Positions 8,464 through 16,863 of a stretch of DNA of 64,000 bases are shown piece after piece. The notes beneath the pieces were generated by a model, which did no database searches, had not been told where the DNA came from, and saw only the letters and a program-made list of their open reading frames with translations. A program made the translations under genes and the position numbers. Source of the stretch: Elusimicrobia bacterium GWB2_63_16. GTDB taxonomy: Bacteria; Elusimicrobiota; Elusimicrobia; Elusimicrobiales; UBA9959. The first letter of the stretch is position 1. Each line of letters starts with the position of its first letter. The DNA is taken from contig MGTZ01000009.1 in the NCBI GenBank assembly GCA_001799715.1, positions 17,082-81,081 of the forward strand. Direction: 5' to 3'.

Positions 8464-9471
8464 ATGAAAAAATACAATATCGCTGTGGTGGGCGCTTCGG
8501 GCATGGTGGGCGGGGAGCTGCTGGGCCTGTTGGAGAGCCGGCGTTTCCCCGTCGCTGAATTCTACGCTTTTAACTCGGGCCGCAAGCCGGCCAGGGTGGT
8601 TTTTCGCGGAAAAAAGTACGCCTGCTCCGCCCCTACTTTCGGGGCGCTGCGCAGGGCCGACATCGCTTTTTTCGTTTCCAACGAGGAAGTCTCCGAGAAG
8701 TTCGCCCCGGGGCTGGCCGCCGCCGGCGTCTGGTGCGTGGACGATTCTTCGCAGTTCCGCCTGGCCCCTGACGTGCCTCTGGTGATCCCGGAGGTCAACG
8801 GCGGGGAACTGAGGTCCTCGCGCCGGCTGATAGCCGGCCCCAACTGCACCCTTACCGGCGCCGCCGTGGCGCTGGCCGGCATACACCGCAAATTCCGCGT
8901 GACCGAGCTGCGGGTGGCCACCTACCAGGCCGTGTCGGGCGCCGGCAAAGCCGCCATGCGCTGTCTGGAGGAGGAGCTCAAGGGTTATTTCAGGACCGGC
9001 CGCGTTCCCGCTCTGAAGGACCGCAAATTCCCGCATCCCATAGCTTTCAACCTGTTCCCGCAGGTGGGCGGTTTCGACGCCGAAGGGAATACCGGCGAAG
9101 AGAACAAGGTAGAGGCGGAACTGAAGAAGATCTGGGGCGACAAAAAACTTAAAATCAGCTGCACCTCGGTGCGCGTGCCGGTGTTGCGCGGCCATTCTCT
9201 GGCCGTCTGGTTTAAGACAGCGAAGCCGTGCTCTCCGGCCGTCCTCCGGGCTGAGCTGCGGCGCACCGAAGGCTTGCGCTTCTTCGAGAAGCCGGAGGAT
9301 TATCCGACGCCGCTGACGCACGGCGACCGCACCGACATCGTTTACGCCGGGCGCCTGCGCCGGGCCAAGACCGCCGCCAACGAGTACCAGCTGTGGATAG
9401 TTTCCGACAACCTGTACAAGGGCGCCGCGCTGAACTCGGTGCAGATCGCCGAGCGCATAGTTAAACTCTAA
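8464..9471 (+). CDS. asd: Aspartate-semialdehyde dehydrogenase
   Basis: N-terminal VVGASGMVGGEL NAD(P)-binding motif, active-site GPNCT, YQAVSGAG motif, 335 aa. Confidence 0.9.
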   Translation: MKKYNIAVVGASGMVGGELLGLLESRRFPVAEFYAFNSGRKPARVVFRGKKYACSAPTFGALRRADIAFFVSNEEVSEKFAPGLAAAGVWCVDDSSQFRLAPDVPLVIPEVNGGELRSSRRLIAGPNCTLTGAAVALAGIHRKFRVTELRVATYQAVSGAGKAAMRCLEEELKGYFRTGRVPALKDRKFPHPIAFNLFPQVGGFDAEGNTGEENKVEAELKKIWGDKKLKISCTSVRVPVLRGHSLAVWFKTAKPCSPAVLRAELRRTEGLRFFEKPEDYPTPLTHGDRTDIVYAGRLRRAKTAANEYQLWIVSDNLYKGAALNSVQIAERIVKL

Positions 9472-9480
9472 GGGGGGAAT

Positions 9481-9768
9481 ATGGGTAAGATACTCGCCGT
9501 ACTGCTGATAGCCGCTTTTGTCGCGGGCTGCAAAAAGAAAGCGCCAGAGCAGATACCGCAGCCGAAGGCTGAGGCCGCCGCCGTCGCGGCGCCTGCCGCC
9601 GAACCGGCCGCCCCGGCCCCGTCGCAGAATCCTCTGACGGCCCCCGGGAATTACCTGAAGACCACCGTCGGTCAGGTGCAGAAGGCCAAGGCCGCCGCCG
9701 CGGTTTACGAGGACGCCGCCAAGAACAGGGCCGACGCGCTGGACTCTTCCAAGCTGGGAGGGGAATAA
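9481..9768 (+). CDS. Small lipoprotein, Ala/Pro-rich
   Basis: Lipobox LLIAAFVAGC followed by a low-complexity A/P region. Confidence 0.55.
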   Translation: MGKILAVLLIAAFVAGCKKKAPEQIPQPKAEAAAVAAPAAEPAAPAPSQNPLTAPGNYLKTTVGQVQKAKAAAAVYEDAAKNRADALDSSKLGGE

Positions 9769-10427
9769 TGGACCCGGTTTTTCTTCAGACCTATACCATA
9801 CCGATCGTCATCGGCGGCGTGGCGCTGGTGATATTCCTGGTCTTCTGGCTGGAGCGCAAACGCCGCAACGACCTGATGGCTCTGGCCGCCTCCATGGGCC
9901 TGCGGTTCTCTCCGGAGGGGCCCGACGTTTATTCCCTCGAGGGCACGCAGCTGGAGATGTTCCGGCTTGGCCGCTCGCGCAAGGCCGCCAATATGATAGA
10001 GGTCTCCTCCGCCGGCGGGCAGATCCGGGTTTTCGACTACCGCTACACCACCGGCTCGGGGAAACACTCGCAAACCCATAATTTTACCGTGGCGCTGATC
10101 GCCTCCGGCGGCAACGTGCCGCAGTTCGACCTGAAACCCGAGACTTTCATGTATAAGATCGGCGAGCTGGTCGGTTTTAAGGACATAGACCTGCCCGCTT
10201 TCCCGCTGTTCTCGGAGAAGTACCGCCTGACCGGCCCCGACGAGGCGGCCGTGCACCTGTTCTTCACGCCGCGCCGGGCCGCCTGGTTCGAGTCCCGCCC
10301 GGGACTGCGCGTGCAGGGCGCCGCGGGCCACGCGCTGCTCTTCAAGGAAAACCGGCGCCTGCCGGTGGACGACTGGATGACCTTCATAGAGGAGGCCAAG
10401 GCTTTCGCCTCCGAAGCGCTTAAATAA
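9768..10427 (+). CDS. Membrane-anchored hypothetical protein
   Basis: One N-terminal TM helix (IPIVIGGVALVIFLVFWL) followed by a soluble domain. The start overlaps the upstream stop (TAATG). Confidence 0.55.
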   Translation: MDPVFLQTYTIPIVIGGVALVIFLVFWLERKRRNDLMALAASMGLRFSPEGPDVYSLEGTQLEMFRLGRSRKAANMIEVSSAGGQIRVFDYRYTTGSGKHSQTHNFTVALIASGGNVPQFDLKPETFMYKIGELVGFKDIDLPAFPLFSEKYRLTGPDEAAVHLFFTPRRAAWFESRPGLRVQGAAGHALLFKENRRLPVDDWMTFIEEAKAFASEALK

Positions 10428-10449
10428 CCCCCAGCTTCCCCTCCCGCTG

Positions 10450-10480
10450 CCGCCGGCCCCGCAAGGCCGGCGGTTTTATT
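10450..10480 (+). terminator. Rho-independent terminator
   Basis: CCGCCGGCC-CCGCAA-GGCCGGCGG hairpin followed by TTTTATT. Confidence 0.7.
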
Positions 10481-10552
10481 TCGGCTCCCGTCTGCGCCGC
10501 GGACCTTGGCCGTCCGAAGAGCATGGCTCCTTACGGCACCGCGTAGGCAGGC

Positions 10553-10582
10553 TTGACAACTAGTTTAGCATCTGCTAAACTA
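10553..10582 (+). promoter_or_regulatory. Promoter with embedded perfect palindromic operator (arsR-family gene)
   Basis: TTGACA (10553-58), a 17-nt spacer and TAAACT (10576-81). The perfect 10-2-10 inverted repeat TAGTTTAGCA-TC-TGCTAAACTA (10561-10582) fills the spacer and the -10 element. Confidence 0.65.
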
Positions 10583-10588
10583 CTATAC

Positions 10589-10891
10589 ATGAACAAAGCG
10601 ATGCTGGCCAAGGCCGAGGGTATAGCGGGCATGCTCTCCTGTATCGCGCATCCCTCCCGGCTTATGATAATTTGTATGCTGTTGAAGAGGGAAATGTTCG
10701 TGCACGAGCTGATAGAGAAGCTGGGCACGACCAAGGGGAACATCTCGCAGCACCTGCGCGTCCTTGCCGACCGGGGCCTCATCCAGAAGCGCCGCGACGG
10801 CAACCGCATCTTCTATAGCATCAAAGACCCAAACCTGGCGGAGCTGATCTCCAGGATCAAGAAGCTCTATTGCCCGAATTTCGACTTTTAG
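10589..10891 (+). CDS. ArsR/SmtB-family transcriptional repressor
   Basis: The winged-HTH pattern HPSRLMIICMLLKREMFVHELIEKLGTTKGNISQHLRVLADRGLIQKRRDGNRIFY is typical of ArsR. The start is taken at ATG 10589. The TTG start in the track (10553) is the -35 box. Confidence 0.8.
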   Translation: MNKAMLAKAEGIAGMLSCIAHPSRLMIICMLLKREMFVHELIEKLGTTKGNISQHLRVLADRGLIQKRRDGNRIFYSIKDPNLAELISRIKKLYCPNFDF

Positions 10892-10907
10892 AGTTAACGG
10901 AGGAAAT

Positions 10908-11153
10908 ATGGACCTTAGCCAGATAAAACCCGCGAAAGTTGTGGATGCCCGCTCTATGGCCTGTCCCGGACCCCTGCTCGAAGCCAAGAAAGGCATAGCC
11001 GGCGTGCCGGTGGGCGGCGTGCTGGAGATACAGTCCGGCGACAAGGGCAGCCGCGAGGACATCCCCGCCTGGTGCGGCAAGTCCGGCCACGAGTACATGG
11101 GCGTGCTCGAGCGGGACGGCTACGACAGCCTCTTCGTCACCCGCAAGAAGTAA
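10908..11153 (+). CDS. tusA: TusA/SirA-family sulfur carrier protein
   Basis: 81 aa with DARSMACPGPLLEAKK (the CPxP active-site motif) in a two-layer alpha/beta-sized protein. Confidence 0.8.
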   Translation: MDLSQIKPAKVVDARSMACPGPLLEAKKGIAGVPVGGVLEIQSGDKGSREDIPAWCGKSGHEYMGVLERDGYDSLFVTRKK

Positions 11154-11167
11154 AGTTCCACAAGCGT

Positions 11168-11301
11168 GGCCCGGCCGGCAGTACGGGCCCGTCGTGCACG
11201 GGGTTGCGCACACCGTGCGCCCCCCTCCTCTCTCGGCCTCGGCGCTTACGCAAGCCTCGGCCTCCGAGAGGGCCCGCCGAACCCATACCGCCGGTCGGGC
11301 C
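11168..11301. repeat. Palindromic intergenic element, copy A
   Basis: Imperfect terminal inverted repeats GGCCCGGCCGGCAGTACGGG / CCCATACCGCCGGTCGGGCC (17/20). The internal core CACACCGTG...TCGGCGCTTACGCAAGCCTC...CTCCGAGAGG...CCGAA..CATACC is colinear with copy B at 50324-50459. Confidence 0.6.
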
Positions 11302-11330
11302 TGAAAGGCAGGCCCGCATATTTCTCGCTT

Positions 11331-11711
11331 ATGACTCATCGGAAAATATTAATTATTACGACTAATCATAGTTCTTACCCGGGGGCGGACGCGGTGGGGC
11401 AGGCCCGGATGGCGTACAGCGCCAATACCTACGTGATACGCGTGCCCGACCCGGTGATGTTCCCGGAAGATTTCTATATGAGGGCCTTCGACAAGGGCAT
11501 CGGCGGCATCATCATCATGTCCTCCGGCTCCGACTGCCCTTACGAGGGCGCTTATGAGCGGCTTTCAAAGCGCGTGGCCCGCGTTTACGAACAGATGAGA
11601 GCCAAGGGGATAGCCCCCAACCGGCTCAAGCTGACCACCATCTGCACCGTCTGCCGCGCGGCCTTCCTTAAAGAGATCTCCGAAATGGAAAAGGCGGTGG
11701 CCGCTGTATGA
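11331..11711 (+). CDS. MvhD/FlpD-like protein (hydrogenase delta-subunit family) lacking most cluster cysteines
   Basis: Aligns by eye to MvhD along its whole length (YPGADAVG, IRV, MRAFDKGIGGIII, DCPYEG, KRV). The start is taken at MTHRK (11331). The 5' extension in the track covers the palindromic element. Confidence 0.65.
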   Translation: MTHRKILIITTNHSSYPGADAVGQARMAYSANTYVIRVPDPVMFPEDFYMRAFDKGIGGIIIMSSGSDCPYEGAYERLSKRVARVYEQMRAKGIAPNRLKLTTICTVCRAAFLKEISEMEKAVAAV

Positions 11712-12997
11712 GAGAACTCGAAAAAATAGAAGTGGACACCCTCGTGGTGGGCTCCGGCATAGCCGGGCTGCAGAGCGCGCTGGACCTGGCCGACCAGGGC
11801 TTCTCGGTGGCGATAGTGGAAAAAGCGCCGAGCATCGGCGGCAAGATGATCTCGCTGAGCAAGGTGTTCCCCACCCTGGACTGCGCGAGTTGCATCACCA
11901 CCCCGCGCATGGCCTCGGTCTCGCACCATCCGCGCATCACCACCCTCACCTACAGCACCGTGGACGCCATCCGGCGCGACGGCAAGACCTTCACCGCCTC
12001 CGTCACACGCAAGCCGCGCTATATCGACGAGAAGGAATGCATCTCCTGCAAGCGCTGCGAGGAAGTGTGCCCCGTCTTCGTGCCCGACGAGTACGAGGTT
12101 GGCCTGGGCGCCAAGAAGACCATCTCCATACCTTTCACCAACGCCATACCGCAGTACCCGGTGATGCACCCCGAGCATTGCATACGCTGCGGCGCCTGCG
12201 CGCGCGCCTGCCCCAAGGACTGCATAGAGTTCCTGCAGGAGCCGGCGCCCGTGGAAATAAAGGCCAAGGCCGTAATACTCGCCACCGGCTACGAGACCAC
12301 GCCGATGACGGCCAAGAAGCAGTACGGCCTGGGGAAACTCCCCAATGTCATTTCACCGATGGCGGCCGAGCGCCTGCTGGCGCCGCACGGCCCTTACGGC
12401 CGCGTCCTGCGCCCGTCCGACGGCATGACGCCGGGTTCCATCGCCTACGTGCAGTGCGCCGGCTCCCGCGACAAGAGCATCGGCATCCCCTATTGCTCGC
12501 GCGTCTGCTGCATGTACGCCATCAAGCAGGCCATTTTGCTGTCCGGCTCGCTGCCCATAGCCGATATCACCATCTATTACATGGACATCCGCGCTTTCGG
12601 CAAGGGCTACGAGCAGTTCTACAATAACGCCCGGGCCATGGGCATCAACTTCGTGAAGGCCAAGGTGGCCCGCATCACCGAGGACGAGAAGCATAACCCC
12701 ATACTGCGCATAGAGCGCCAGGAGGGGACCTCCGGCCCCGACGAGGTGAAGCACGAGCTCGTGGTGCTGTCGCAGGGGCTGATCCCCGGCCACGACGCCT
12801 CCGCTTTCGGCCTCGGCACGGAGAACAACGACTTCGGTTTCGTGAAACTCTCCGACGAGATGGTCTCTTCGGCCGTCACCGCCGGCGCGGGCGTGTTCGC
12901 CGCCGGCGTGGTCAAGGGCCCGCGCGACATTCCCGACTCGGTGGTGGACGCCGGCTCGGCCGCCATGGAAGCCGCCAGCTATATGAGGAAACTGTGA
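11708..12997 (+). CDS. HdrA-like FAD/FeS oxidoreductase (QmoA-like, 429 aa)
   Basis: FAD motif VVGSGIAGLQSA, the HdrA signature YVQCAGSRDKSIGIPYCSRVCCMYAIKQA, and internal Cys motifs CISCKRCEEVCP and CIRCGACARACP. ATGA overlap with the upstream gene. Confidence 0.8.
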   Translation: MRELEKIEVDTLVVGSGIAGLQSALDLADQGFSVAIVEKAPSIGGKMISLSKVFPTLDCASCITTPRMASVSHHPRITTLTYSTVDAIRRDGKTFTASVTRKPRYIDEKECISCKRCEEVCPVFVPDEYEVGLGAKKTISIPFTNAIPQYPVMHPEHCIRCGACARACPKDCIEFLQEPAPVEIKAKAVILATGYETTPMTAKKQYGLGKLPNVISPMAAERLLAPHGPYGRVLRPSDGMTPGSIAYVQCAGSRDKSIGIPYCSRVCCMYAIKQAILLSGSLPIADITIYYMDIRAFGKGYEQFYNNARAMGINFVKAKVARITEDEKHNPILRIERQEGTSGPDEVKHELVVLSQGLIPGHDASAFGLGTENNDFGFVKLSDEMVSSAVTAGAGVFAAGVVKGPRDIPDSVVDAGSAAMEAASYMRKL

Positions 12998-14787
12998 TGG
13001 ATGAGAAAACACGGGACGAAGCCTCCAAGGATAATTTCCGGCAGGAGCCGAAGGTCGGGGTATATGTCTGCCATTGCGGCGGCAACATCTCCGACATCAT
13101 CGACGTGAAAGCGGTGGCCGCGGCGCTGGCCAAGTATCCCGGCGTGGCCGTGGCCCGCGAGTACGCCTTCATGTGCTCTTCCAACGGCCAGGACCTGATC
13201 ACCGAGGATATCAAGAATCTCGGCATCAACCGCACCGTGGTGGCGGCCTGCTCGCCCAGCCTGCACGAACTCACCTTCCGCAACGTGCTGCAGCGCGCGG
13301 GCGTTAACCCGTACCTGCACGAGCATATCAATATCCGCGAGCAGGCCAGCTGGGTGCACAAATTAGACAAGGCGGGCGCCACCGCCAAAGCCATCAAGCT
13401 GGCGCAGGCCGGCGTGGAGAAGGTGCTGCGCAAGGACGCGCTCAACGCCATCCGCGTGGCCGCCGAGCAGCGCGTGGCCGTGATAGGCGGCGGCGTGGCC
13501 GGCATGCGCGCGGCCCTCTCGGCCGCCGGCAAGGGCCTGGAAGCCGTCATTATAGAGAAAGCGCCGCGCCTGGGCGGCAAGCTGCTGGAGCTGGGGAAAA
13601 TATACCCTTCCGGAGAGGAGGGGGCCGCGGTGGCGAAGAAACTCGAAACCCTGGTGCTCGCCGAAAAGAAGATAACCGTGCATACCGGCGCGGACATAGA
13701 CTATGTCAGCGGCTTCGTCGGGAACTTTAAGGTCAATTTCAAGAAGCCAGACGGCTCTTCGCGGCAGGTGAAGGCCGGCGCCATAGTTATGGCCACCGGC
13801 TACGAGCATTACAAGCCCGCCCAGGGCGAGTTCGGCTACGGCGAGGACGCCAATGTGGTCACGCTGCCCGAGTTCCTGGCCCTGATGAAGAATTCCCCGG
13901 CCGGCAGGCTGGAACTGGCCGGCAGGGAAATAAAGAGCCTCGCGCTGATACACTGCGTGGGCTCGCGCCAGGTGGAAGGGGTGCATAAGCCCCAGGCCGA
14001 CGGCAAGATCAACGATTACTGCTCCCGCGTCTGCTGCTCCTCCGCTCTCTACGCCGCCAACCAGGTGAAAGAGAGATATCCCGGCGTGCGCATCTACGAC
14101 GTGTACCGCGACATCCGCACCTACGGCATGCAGCACGAGGAATACTACGACAAGGCCTCCCGGGACGGCGTGCTGTTCTTCCGCCATAACGACACCGACC
14201 AGCCCGCGGTGACCTCGGACCGCACCGGCCACACCGTCAAGGTGAAGGACGTGCTGACCTGGGGCGAGGAACTGGAGGTGAAGGCCGACCTGATAGTGCT
14301 GGTCACCGGCATGATGCCCGCCGACATCTCCTTGATCAAATCCCAGCTGAAGCTGCCGTCCAGCGCCGACCGCTTCCTGCAGGAAGTGCATTTGAAACTG
14401 CGCCCGGTGGAGCTGGCCAACTCCGGCATCTTCGTGGCCGGCACGGCCCAGTACCCGATGGACGTCACCGAGGCCATGGCCTCCGCCGGCACCGCGGCCG
14501 CCAAGGCCGCCATTTTGCTGGCCGAGCCGGACATCCCGCTGGAACCTTTCGTCGCCGTGGTGGACGAGGCCAAGTGCACCGGCTGCGGCCTGTGCCCCGC
14601 CGAGTGCTCCTACGACGGCGCCCTGATGATGGGCGAGCATAAAGGCAAAAAAGTGGCGATCGTGAACCCGGCGCTGTGCAAAGGCTGCGGCGCCTGCGTG
14701 GCGGTCTGCCCGACCCGCGCCATCAACGTGGCCGGCTGGACGCTGGACCAGTTCGACGCGATGGTAGAAGCCATCGCCAAGGAATAA
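12997..14787 (+). CDS. HdrA-type FAD/FeS oxidoreductase (QmoB-like core, no fused MvhD domain)
   Basis: Canonical HdrA N-terminus GVYVCHCGGNISDIIDV...VVAACSP...NIREQASWVH. FAD motif VIGGGVAGMRAA, signature HCVGSRQ...YCSRVCCSSALY, and a C-terminal 2x[4Fe-4S] region CTGCGLCPAECS / CKGCGACVAVCP. The ATG at 12997 overlaps the upstream TGA. Confidence 0.85.
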   Translation: MDEKTRDEASKDNFRQEPKVGVYVCHCGGNISDIIDVKAVAAALAKYPGVAVAREYAFMCSSNGQDLITEDIKNLGINRTVVAACSPSLHELTFRNVLQRAGVNPYLHEHINIREQASWVHKLDKAGATAKAIKLAQAGVEKVLRKDALNAIRVAAEQRVAVIGGGVAGMRAALSAAGKGLEAVIIEKAPRLGGKLLELGKIYPSGEEGAAVAKKLETLVLAEKKITVHTGADIDYVSGFVGNFKVNFKKPDGSSRQVKAGAIVMATGYEHYKPAQGEFGYGEDANVVTLPEFLALMKNSPAGRLELAGREIKSLALIHCVGSRQVEGVHKPQADGKINDYCSRVCCSSALYAANQVKERYPGVRIYDVYRDIRTYGMQHEEYYDKASRDGVLFFRHNDTDQPAVTSDRTGHTVKVKDVLTWGEELEVKADLIVLVTGMMPADISLIKSQLKLPSSADRFLQEVHLKLRPVELANSGIFVAGTAQYPMDVTEAMASAGTAAAKAAILLAEPDIPLEPFVAVVDEAKCTGCGLCPAECSYDGALMMGEHKGKKVAIVNPALCKGCGACVAVCPTRAINVAGWTLDQFDAMVEAIAKE

Positions 14788-14788
14788 T

Positions 14789-15082
14789 ATGGCCGACGCT
14801 AAGAAACTCGCCGAACAACTGAAGAAACTTAACGAGCTGCGCGGCCCGGTGCCGCAGGAACTGCGCGACCGTGTGGCCGCGCAGAACAAGGCGCAGCGGG
14901 CCATCCTCGACGCGCTGAAAGAGGGCCCCAAGACCGCGCCCGAGCTGGCGGCCGCCGCCGGCCTGCCCCACGACCGGGCCATCTGGTATGTGTCGGCGCT
15001 GCGCAAGTACGGCAAAATCGCCGACGTGCCCGGTAAAGGCGACTATCCCAAATACGAGCTGAAGGGAGGGGAAGCGAAATGA
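14789..15082 (+). CDS. Small soluble protein, possibly winged-helix-like
   Basis: 97-aa ORF starting 2 nt after the HdrA stop, with its own stop overlapping the next start (ATGA). ILDALKEGPKTAPELAAAAGLPHDRAIWYVSALRKYGKI resembles a wHTH. Family not recognised. Confidence 0.55.
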   Translation: MADAKKLAEQLKKLNELRGPVPQELRDRVAAQNKAQRAILDALKEGPKTAPELAAAAGLPHDRAIWYVSALRKYGKIADVPGKGDYPKYELKGGEAK

Positions 15083-16161
15083 AGGTAAACCCCGAGCTCA
15101 TAGACGAGATAAAGAAATACGGCGCTTTCGACATTTCCGCCTGTTTTAACTGCGGCAACTGCACCGCCGTCTGCCCGCTGTCAAAGGAAGACGCTTCTTT
15201 TCCGCGCAAGCTGATCCGTGCGGGCCACGTGGGCATGGAGGAGAAGATAGGCTCCGCCCTGGAGCCCTGGCATTGCTACTACTGCGGCGAATGCTCCGCC
15301 ACCTGTCCGCGCGAGGCCCAGCCCGGCGAGTACATGATGGCCCTGCGCCGCTACCTCATCGCCAAATACGACATCACCGGCCTGTCCAGGATCTTCTACA
15401 AGACCGGCTGGCTGCAGACCTGGCTGGCGCTCGGCATGCTGGGCTTCTTCTACTGGCTCTACGCCTCCTACACCGGGGACTTCGGCGCGCTGGCAGGAAA
15501 GATAGAGCTGGCCTTCCCGGTCTATGTCACCATAGCGCTGGGCGGCTACATCATAAACATGTACCGCCACGCTATCGTAAAACCGCTGGGCGGCATAAAG
15601 GCGTCGCTCAAGCCGGCGCACGTCTACGAGACCCTGGTGCACGGCTTCACGCAGAAGAACTTCAACGGCTGCGAAGAGACGGACCTGGTGCGTTGGGGAG
15701 CGCATCTGCTGGTGATGAGCGGCTATGTGCTGACGCTGCTGATCTCCAACCTGCATTTGCTGTCGCCGCTCGACAAGCATTACGGCGCTTTCCACCCGGT
15801 GAGCCTGCTGGTCTGGTACGCGGGCTTCGGCATCCTCGTCGGCGGCGGCCTGATGTCCCTGCGCCGCGTGTTCAGGAGCGCCGAATCCAGCAAGTTCTCT
15901 CACCCGAGCGACTGGCTGTTCGTGGTGACGATGTTCCTGATAGGCGCGAGCCTGCTCTTCACCCATTACCTCAACGTGGCCTATGGCCCGGGGGACCCGC
16001 TGCTCGCCAAGGTCTACCGTCTGAACATCGCCATAGAGACGGTGTGGATCATCCTCATAGTGCCGTTCACCAAATGGATACACATCTTCTTCAGGCCGCT
16101 GGCTGTCTACTTCCAGCACGTTAAAAAGGAGGCTGAGGCCGGCACGGCTTTCAGTTTGTAA
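15079..16161 (+). CDS. QmoC-like subunit: 2x[4Fe-4S] ferredoxin (HdrC-like) fused to a multi-helix membrane domain (HdrE/NarI-like)
   Basis: CFNCGNCTAVCP and CYYCGECSATCP motifs in the first 90 aa, then about six hydrophobic helices with conserved-looking His residues. Confidence 0.75.
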   Translation: MKVNPELIDEIKKYGAFDISACFNCGNCTAVCPLSKEDASFPRKLIRAGHVGMEEKIGSALEPWHCYYCGECSATCPREAQPGEYMMALRRYLIAKYDITGLSRIFYKTGWLQTWLALGMLGFFYWLYASYTGDFGALAGKIELAFPVYVTIALGGYIINMYRHAIVKPLGGIKASLKPAHVYETLVHGFTQKNFNGCEETDLVRWGAHLLVMSGYVLTLLISNLHLLSPLDKHYGAFHPVSLLVWYAGFGILVGGGLMSLRRVFRSAESSKFSHPSDWLFVVTMFLIGASLLFTHYLNVAYGPGDPLLAKVYRLNIAIETVWIILIVPFTKWIHIFFRPLAVYFQHVKKEAEAGTAFSL

Positions 16162-16529
16162 TGGACAACAACGAAAAGATAGTTTACGTGGCCACGCATT
16201 TCAAGGATTCCCCGGAGAAGGCCCTCATCCCCTTCGTACTGGCCAACGCCAGTTACGCCATGGACGTCAACCCCGTGATCATAGTGCAGGGCGAGGGAGT
16301 GAACCTGGCCGTGAAAGGCCGGGCCGCCGAGATAGTGCACGCGCCTTTCGACCCGCTGGAAAAACTTTTTAATTCCTACGCAGAGCAGGGCGGCCAGCTG
16401 CTGGTTTGCTCCCCGTGCCTTAAAGCCCGCGGCCTCGACGAGAAAGACCTGGTGCCCAACGCCAGGATAGTCGGCGCGGCAAAGGTGATAGAGGAAATAA
16501 CCTCCGCCAAGACGGTGCTGTCCTACTAA
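16161..16529 (+). CDS. DsrE/DsrF-family sulfur-relay protein
   Basis: 122 aa with the pattern IVYVATHFKDSPEKALIPFVLANA...LLVCSPCLKARG...VLSY, typical of the DsrE fold. TAATG overlap with the upstream gene. Confidence 0.7.
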   Translation: MDNNEKIVYVATHFKDSPEKALIPFVLANASYAMDVNPVIIVQGEGVNLAVKGRAAEIVHAPFDPLEKLFNSYAEQGGQLLVCSPCLKARGLDEKDLVPNARIVGAAKVIEEITSAKTVLSY

Positions 16530-16530
16530 A

Positions 16531-16863
16531 ATGAAAAAAGCCGGAATAATACGCTGTCAGCAGACCGAAGATATCTGCCCGGGGACCACGGACTTCAAGT
16601 TCGCGCAGCTGGGCAAGGGCGCTTTCGCCGAAACCGGGCCGGTGGAGATAGCCGCCTTCGTTTCCTGCGGCGGCTGCCCCGGCAAGCGGGCCGTCATCCG
16701 CGCCGAGGAGATGGTTTCCCGCGGCGTCGAGGTCATCGCCCTGGCGTCCTGCGTAAAGAACGGCAACCCGCTCTGTTTTCCCTGCCCCCACGCTGACGCG
16801 ATGAAAGAGGCGATAGTGAAGAAGGTGGGGGACAAAGTAAAGATCCTGGATTACACGCATTAA
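16531..16863 (+). CDS. CGGC-domain protein
   Basis: IIRCQQTEDICPGT...FVSCGGCPGKRA...LASCVKNGNPLCFPCPH: the Cys pattern that defines the CGGC domain. Confidence 0.7.
   Translation: MKKAGIIRCQQTEDICPGTTDFKFAQLGKGAFAETGPVEIAAFVSCGGCPGKRAVIRAEEMVSRGVEVIALASCVKNGNPLCFPCPHADAMKEAIVKKVGDKVKILDYTH

Noticed and set aside
10285-10295. GGTTCGAGTCC, which resembles a tRNA T-arm/T-loop.
   Set aside because: The flanks do not form a T-stem or an acceptor stem, and the motif lies in-frame inside a well-supported CDS (9768..10427). I found no tRNA in the window.
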